A stretch of DNA of 29,301 nt from Ginkgo biloba (taxonomy: Eukaryota; Plantae; Ginkgophyta): assembly GCA_024626585.2 (NCBI GenBank), contig JANKJI020000004.1, positions 143,324,748 through 143,354,048 of the forward strand, in the 5' to 3' direction. Below the pieces are notes generated by a model. That model was not told where the DNA came from and ran no database searches. It saw only the letters and a program-made list of their open reading frames with translations. Positions 23,298 to 29,301 of the stretch are shown piece by piece. Positions within the stretch are counted from its first letter, which is position 1. Every line of letters starts with the position of its first letter. The translations under genes and the position numbers were made by a program.

Positions 23298-25074
23298 ATA
23301 TGGAGTATTGTATTTATCTATTACTATATGAAGAGGGTTCTCTAATTAGAAGGTACACCAAATAAGTGTACCTTCTAGAGTTATAGCCTCATAATCACTA
23401 GCTAATATGATTTTCTTTTATGCCCTTATTCATTCATGGTTTGATATTCTAATGTCTCGGGAATAAAGGAACTACACCAATCCATATTAAACTTGTCATT
23501 AAACTATACTATGATGATAATATTATAGGGGAAGCCCTATGAAAAAATAGTTCAATGCGAAGATGATAAAATTATTAATGCCACGTATTCTTATTCTTAT
23601 TCAAAGCTCGTCTTCTTCAACACCGCACACATACTTTGACATCCTTTCTTATCCCACTCCATATTCCACCTCCCTCCAAGAGATGCATATTGATCAATCG
23701 ATCTCTATGTATATTAGGGAACTCTAGAAATGAGGGCGCATGAAGTATAGTTGGGAAAAATTCCCTAAGTAAATCTCTTATGGGCATGAATAAAAAGGAA
23801 AAGAAAAGACAATGGTATGAAAATTGCTTCATCCTCATCTATTCCTTTATTTGTCTTCTCTCTCTTCTTTATTTTTTATTTTTTAAATAAAAAACATAGA
23901 AGCCCCGTGTATAAGTGTGAAAATTCATAAAAAAATCAAGAGTACAGGTATAGAAAAAATGAATAATGACTTTTAAATCATATTACAATCTAAGATCTCC
24001 AAAGCATATAACTATATCATCATCATAAAAAGGCTTAATCCATGTTCGTATGGAAAAGTAGTTGTAAATTTTTTATCGACTTCCTCTAGAAGGTGCCATC
24101 ATATTTTGTAGGTTGTCTCATCATCATGTAAGATAAAGACCTTAAATCAACATGAAAACACTTATTTGGTCTTCTTTCTAACTTTGCATATCTTGATGAT
24201 GGCTTGATGGGTAACAATGCTATTTGTGCTAAGTCAACAATTGAAAAGAGGATAAATTCAAAGCCTACAAGCACACTCATTATATATATGGATTAGATTA
24301 AATACATATGCATAGATTAAATATAATGATGTATAATATATGATTCTTTTTCTTTTTTAATTTTTTCTTAGAAGCCCATAATATTTCACATAATGTTTTA
24401 AATTAATATTATCTTCCTACCCCATAAAATTTATGCCAAGGAACTTAATAAAGCTACACATTATTATCTGAGAGTAAAAAGGATTAATAAAATCTACATG
24501 AATTAAATCATAACCTCCTATATTAATCCTCTAATCTATTTATTGGCATACTAAAATAAGTAAGAAAACCTAGTCAACACACATTTATAAAGGAATATTT
24601 TATCATATTTATGGTATATCTCTTGTTTCTCTTTCTAAAGCATTTTCTAANNNNNNNNNNNNNNNNNNNNNNNNNNNAAAAAATTCTTAAGATGTTAAAA
24701 TGCTACCTATTGGGCAAATGCTCAAATCTTTATAAAATGATTTTGGTTTTAAATAATTTTCCATATTACCTTATCTTTCTTCCACTAAATTTATTTCATT
24801 ACTTCTCTTATTATCCTATATAATAATTATATCCCATCTTTACAAAATGAATTTTAAAAAGTGAAAAATATTATTGATTTGTGTAGATATTGACATAATT
24901 TGATCTNNNNNNNNNNNNNNNNNNNNNNNNTTATAAATCAAATTGAGTTGCAATCCATTAGCACCTATTCAATTATTCTTTCATTATGTTAATATTTACT
25001 AATAAAGTTTCATACATCTTGAATAGTGTATATGGTAAATAACATTGCACCTGAATAGATGATGACTCCCTCTA

Positions 25075-25500
25075 GCCCCTATTCCTATCTAGGTTTGGTT
25101 TATTAGTAGTCTATAAATATCCACCTAAATGTAGGGACAAGGAGGGTATCATTAGCCACCTAAAGGGGCCTCTCTATAAAATTGCTTGGTCTCCTTGACT
25201 TTTGTAGGTCATCTATTTGAATTTCTTAGGTGTTGGTAGTTTATGGTTTATTTTCCAGGCCCATTTAAGGGTTCTCATTACCAATGATAGTCATTCAGTT
25301 CTTGGCTTGTTAAAGGGTTTTTTTCTAACAAATGGTATGATGTAGTTTTGAGGCAAGTTTATTTGGGCATTCTCCAAGTGGTTTCTTCTTTATTCGCGGG
25401 GCTCTGGTTACCTATGTATAGAGGTATGACCCATTTTCTATGTATTTTTGCCTCTGACCTAGCCCACCAAGGGCATCTTCCCATCAACATTATTTACTAG
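25075..25500 (+). mobile_element. Decayed L1 LINE ORF2 fragment downstream of the RT core
   Basis: Remnants SPYSYLG ... SLTFVGHL (compare L1 LSxAGRL) ... MVYF...FK occur in the expected order and spacing, with many stops. Confidence 0.5.
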
Positions 25501-25763
25501 CATAGATTCAACCCACTTTGTAAATTATTTTTATGCAATGATAATGTATTGATATCTACTAGCTATAGATTATTCAAAAGGACAAATGAAATCAATTCCT
25601 CACTTAGTTAAGGGACCAAACAAAACTATAGGATAAAGTGGAGATGAAGGTGCATGTGATCGTGAGATAAATTCTTGACATATTTGGTAATGCTTAATTA
25701 ATTCATAATAGTGTTTATGAGGGAGGGTCAATAATAACTCACTCTTGGGTGAAAGCACGTAGA

Positions 25764-26054
25764 TGTGACACCATTTTTGGTAAAATGGTGGAAGCCGAAA
25801 AGATGCCTGGGAGAAAAATTTTAGGCACACAATTTGTTCGATCGAACATATAGCTACCCGAAATTTTAAATTTCGAAAAAACATGCCCTGCACACGCCCG
25901 ATTTTTTTAAAATTTGAATCGGTGGAAAATATGTTCGATCGAACAAATTATATGACCAAATAATTTATTACCCAAAAATCAAAATCAAAATTCAAAACTA
26001 GGCGTGCACGAAAAAATTAAATTTTTGCTCAAATTCGCGGTATCGCAGATTTGC
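25764..26054 (+). mobile_element. Terminus of a young, CpG-rich LTR with palindromic repeats (cut by an assembly gap)
   Basis: It begins TGTGACACC, a gypsy-type LTR start, and CpG content rises abruptly. Two TGTTCGATCGAACA palindromes sit within a perfect 21-bp inverted pair (25831-25851, 25929-25949). Confidence 0.55.
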
Positions 26055-26359
26055 NNNNNNNNNNNNNNNNNNNNNNNNNNNNNNNNNNNNNNNNNNNNNN
26101 NNNNNNNNNNNNNNNNNNNNNNNNNNNNNNNNNNNNNNNNNNNNNNNNNNNNNNAGAATGATCACATGTAACCACCTTCTTAGTCCCCTTTATATCCTTT
26201 TAATAAATCAAAATTGACCTTAGGAATAAACTCTATTAAAGTTTAGGGATTTAAAAAAATGATGAATAATAGGAGTCAAGTAGCTCAAGGCAACATAGAG
26301 GGAGATCCACCTATAGTTAAGATCGACTGACTAATAATTTAAGACCCCAAGGAAGCTAA

Positions 26360-26730
26360 TTGGAGTGATAAATCAACATCCATGAAAAGCACAAGATCAT
26401 ATTAGTTTAACAAGGCTCTAGGAAGGAAAATCAAAGCATGACAACCTTTGACAAACTCAAAGTAGTGATGCTAGGTATAGGAGGGGTAGCAAAACTCTAT
26501 TCGACCTTTAGGAACCATACAAAAATAATTAATAAGAAGAATGGACTTCCACCATAGCCCAAAAATTCATGGAGCAACAAAGAAGAATGTGGGATGCTAG
26601 TTTTCTTGTCTCAGAGTGCAATTATCAAAGGATATTTTAGACTAGTTGACCAAGTTGCATCTTTATTAATGCCATGTATATATTTAAATGGGACAAAGGT
26701 TGTTCCTTTCTCAAAACTACTAATAGTTTT
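26360..26730 (-). mobile_element. Possible decayed L1 ORF2 C-terminal zinc-binding (zf-RVT) region
   Basis: Minus-strand remnants ...CTL...QE..ASHILLCCS...LW resemble the CxxC...EtxxHLxxxC motif, across frameshifts. Confidence 0.35.
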
Positions 26731-27339
26731 ATAAATGGAAAACACTTGAAATGATTCGATGGTTACTTGGTAACTACCTCCTCAACTATTGGAATATCAA
26801 ATGCTAAGCCATCATGCGATGTCTATAATATTTTTGTACAAAATACAAACAAAAAGAGAGTCTATAAACAATGTTTAAAAATAATTTCTTTCACAATATT
26901 CTTATTTTAAGAATAAAGGCTAGGTGTGTATTTAATTTCCCAAACACTCATAAACATCCTTAGATAAAATATCAATAGTATTGGACACAACTCTTGACCA
27001 ACCTTAATTTTGTTTCTCTTAAGAATTTGGACGCAAATCTTTAAACTAATAATTCATTCTCCTATAATCTATAAAATGGATCTCAAGATAATTGTACTCA
27101 TTAATATACTAAATGGTGTGGACATGTGTCAGTTATAATGAATATTTCACAATAATTATGGGTTATATAGAAATTAGGAGTATATAATGAATATAGGAAT
27201 CACTATCATAATATTCTTCACTTAGTGCAATTTTTATTTTAAGAACCAATATTGATAGTATTTAAAGAGATCCCATATCATGTTAGAAAATATGACGGAT
27301 TTCATATTTGGTCAAGAAGAATTCAAGAATTTTAGAATG

Positions 27340-27683
27340 ACACAGACATGTGAGTATAGTCAACCAATCCCTAAACACTTTATGATGGAATAAGTGAAAC
27401 ACTATAAAATCTATGATAAGGATACATTTAAAGACATGGATTGACCCAATCATCGCCCTTATAAGATAACAAATATTCAATTGGTTGAATTTGAAGAAAA
27501 TTGTACCATTGAATTTTGTGATTTTTGGAATGAAAAGATAATTTAAATGGCTCGTGAAATTTTTAAAGAATATGTGGACGTATCCACATGGAATATTACC
27601 TGAAGGGAATTCCTCCAAAGATTAATCAACCAAATTAGATGAGAATGAAAAACCTATAATGCATAGACTTTATAGTATGAATC
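27340..27683 (+). mobile_element. Ty3/gypsy (Tat/Ogre/Athila-type) pol segment immediately upstream of the RT
   Basis: Translation ...EFCDFWNEKII*MAREIFKEYVDVSTWN/LKGIPPK/QIR/LDENEKPIMHRLYSMN matches the EYxDVFAWxYxDLKGIPP..H.I.L....KP..QR.YRMN pattern. The RT core would lie in the following gap. Confidence 0.75.
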
Positions 27684-29301
27684 NNNNNNNNNNNNNNNNN
27701 NNNNNNNNNNNNNNNNNNNNNNNNNNNNNNNNNNNNNNNNNNNNNNNNNNNNNNNNNNNNNNNNNNNNNNNNNNNNNNNNNNNNNNNNNNNNNNNNNNNN
27801 NNNNNNNNNNNNNNNNNNNNNNNNNNNNNNNNNNNNNNNNNNNNNNNNNNNNNNNNNNNNNNNNNNNNNNNNNNNNNNNNNNNNNNNNNNNNNNNNNNNN
27901 NNNNNNNNNNNNNNNNNNNNNNNNNNNNNNNNNNNNNNNNNNNNNNNNNNNNNNNNNNNNNNNNNNNNNNNNNNNNNNNNNNNNNNNNNNNNNNNNNNNN
28001 NNNNNNNNNNNNNNNNNNNNNNNNNNNNNNNNNNNNNNNNNNNNNNNNNNNNNNNNNNNNNNNNNNNNNNNNNNNNTTGATTGAAGTATGCAAAGAAGTT
28101 AAGATTTGATCATCAATTAGTAGAATCAATATTCTTAACACTTGTCTCCAAGGATAAGTTGCACACATATATTACTAGGTAATAAGATTATTTTTCTAGA
28201 TTTTTCTCTTGGATGCTTGTGTGCAAGCTTTCAAGAATTAATTTTGTATGTTGAGAAAATCTTTTACGAAAGATTTCTAAAATGATAGGTTGTAGGAAAA
28301 TTCTCATACATGCTAAGTACCTAATAGGTTTTGTGACACTCGTATAGTTAAATATCTTAGGTTTTGTACATTTCTAGAAAAGGGAAAACCCATTGGGAAA
28401 ATCAAATATGAATTTTTAGAATTGGAATGCTTTTGTCCCTACTTAAGCATAGGGTTAAAATTAATTGGAAAAGAAATTTTATGATTTGACAGAAGTCATT
28501 CAGTAATAATGGATCCCAAAAAATTAGTTGCACTAGTATCAAGAACATTTGTTTGCTTATTTTAAGTTCCTTAAAGTTTTTGAACTACTTTTGTTATTCA
28601 CTTTAGGTTTGTATTTGAGTGTTCCATCTCACGACATAGCAATAAAATATTAAAGTAAAGTTGATACTTGGACTAATAAATAAACTTATTTATTTTTGCA
28701 TATATTTTTTCATATTCTCTATGGCTTTAATAAAGTTTATATACAAGATTGTTGGCTTCCACATAAAGCGATAACAAACCTTATGAAGAGAGTATTATTG
28801 ATTTATGAATAATACTCTTAATTTATAGGCGATGAACAAAATTTGAAACATAAAAAAAAGGAATAACCAAAAGGCAACAACAATGAAACTAAAAAAAATT
28901 GTGCATTGTTTAATGTTTTGTTGAATAGCATTGATCGATTTTTGAGTTGAGAAGTGTGGATAGATTTGTTTAATTCCCTTTTCTGGATGTATGCCAAATA
29001 GGTTGGTATTGTGAGAAAGAGATAGGATCCCTGGGAGAATTGAATATGGAGAAGTCACTCTCGAATTTATTTAAATGTTATGCATTGGTTGAATGCAAGA
29101 TTGAAGGCAACTTTCATAAAAGAGAGAAAAGAAAGAAACATATGCATGACTAAAAACCTAACTTCACTCTATTACAAAAATCCATAATGCAGATTAGAAT
29201 GAATTTGATTGTTGATTTTAAACTTTAGACTAAACTAAGTTTTCTCTAACATTCTAATGCCAAATCCTTAAATTTACTAATGCCCTAATTCAAAACATTT
29301 A

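Overview
AT-rich, gap-riddled draft-assembly DNA from a land-plant nuclear genome. The evidence is a plastid-derived insert, plant telo-boxes and plant retroelement families. The strong CpG/CHG decay suggests a large, heavily methylated genome, possibly gymnosperm-like (inference). I found no intact protein-coding gene, and the supplied ORFs are gap read-throughs or transposon debris. Most of the window is nested, decayed retroelements: L1 RT pieces, a non-L1-looking LINE ORF1 plus APE endonuclease, Ty3/gypsy protease, integrase and pre-RT fragments, and LTRs. It also holds an old plastid 16S rRNA NUPT (22914-23297). The exception is a CpG-retaining island at about 2.0-4.9 kb. It contains a Mutator-like MITE, a telo-box cluster, splice signals without a real ORF, and two tandem paralogous box H/ACA snoRNAs (3242-3392, 3557-3699). 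Their first hairpin has a canonical 6+8-nt guide for an 18S rRNA uridine (GAUAGA-U-CAUUGCAAU), a site I do not recognise as a described pseudouridine. Their second pocket has no target I could find. All rRNA comparisons use sequence recalled from memory, not a database search. TE boundaries are approximate.
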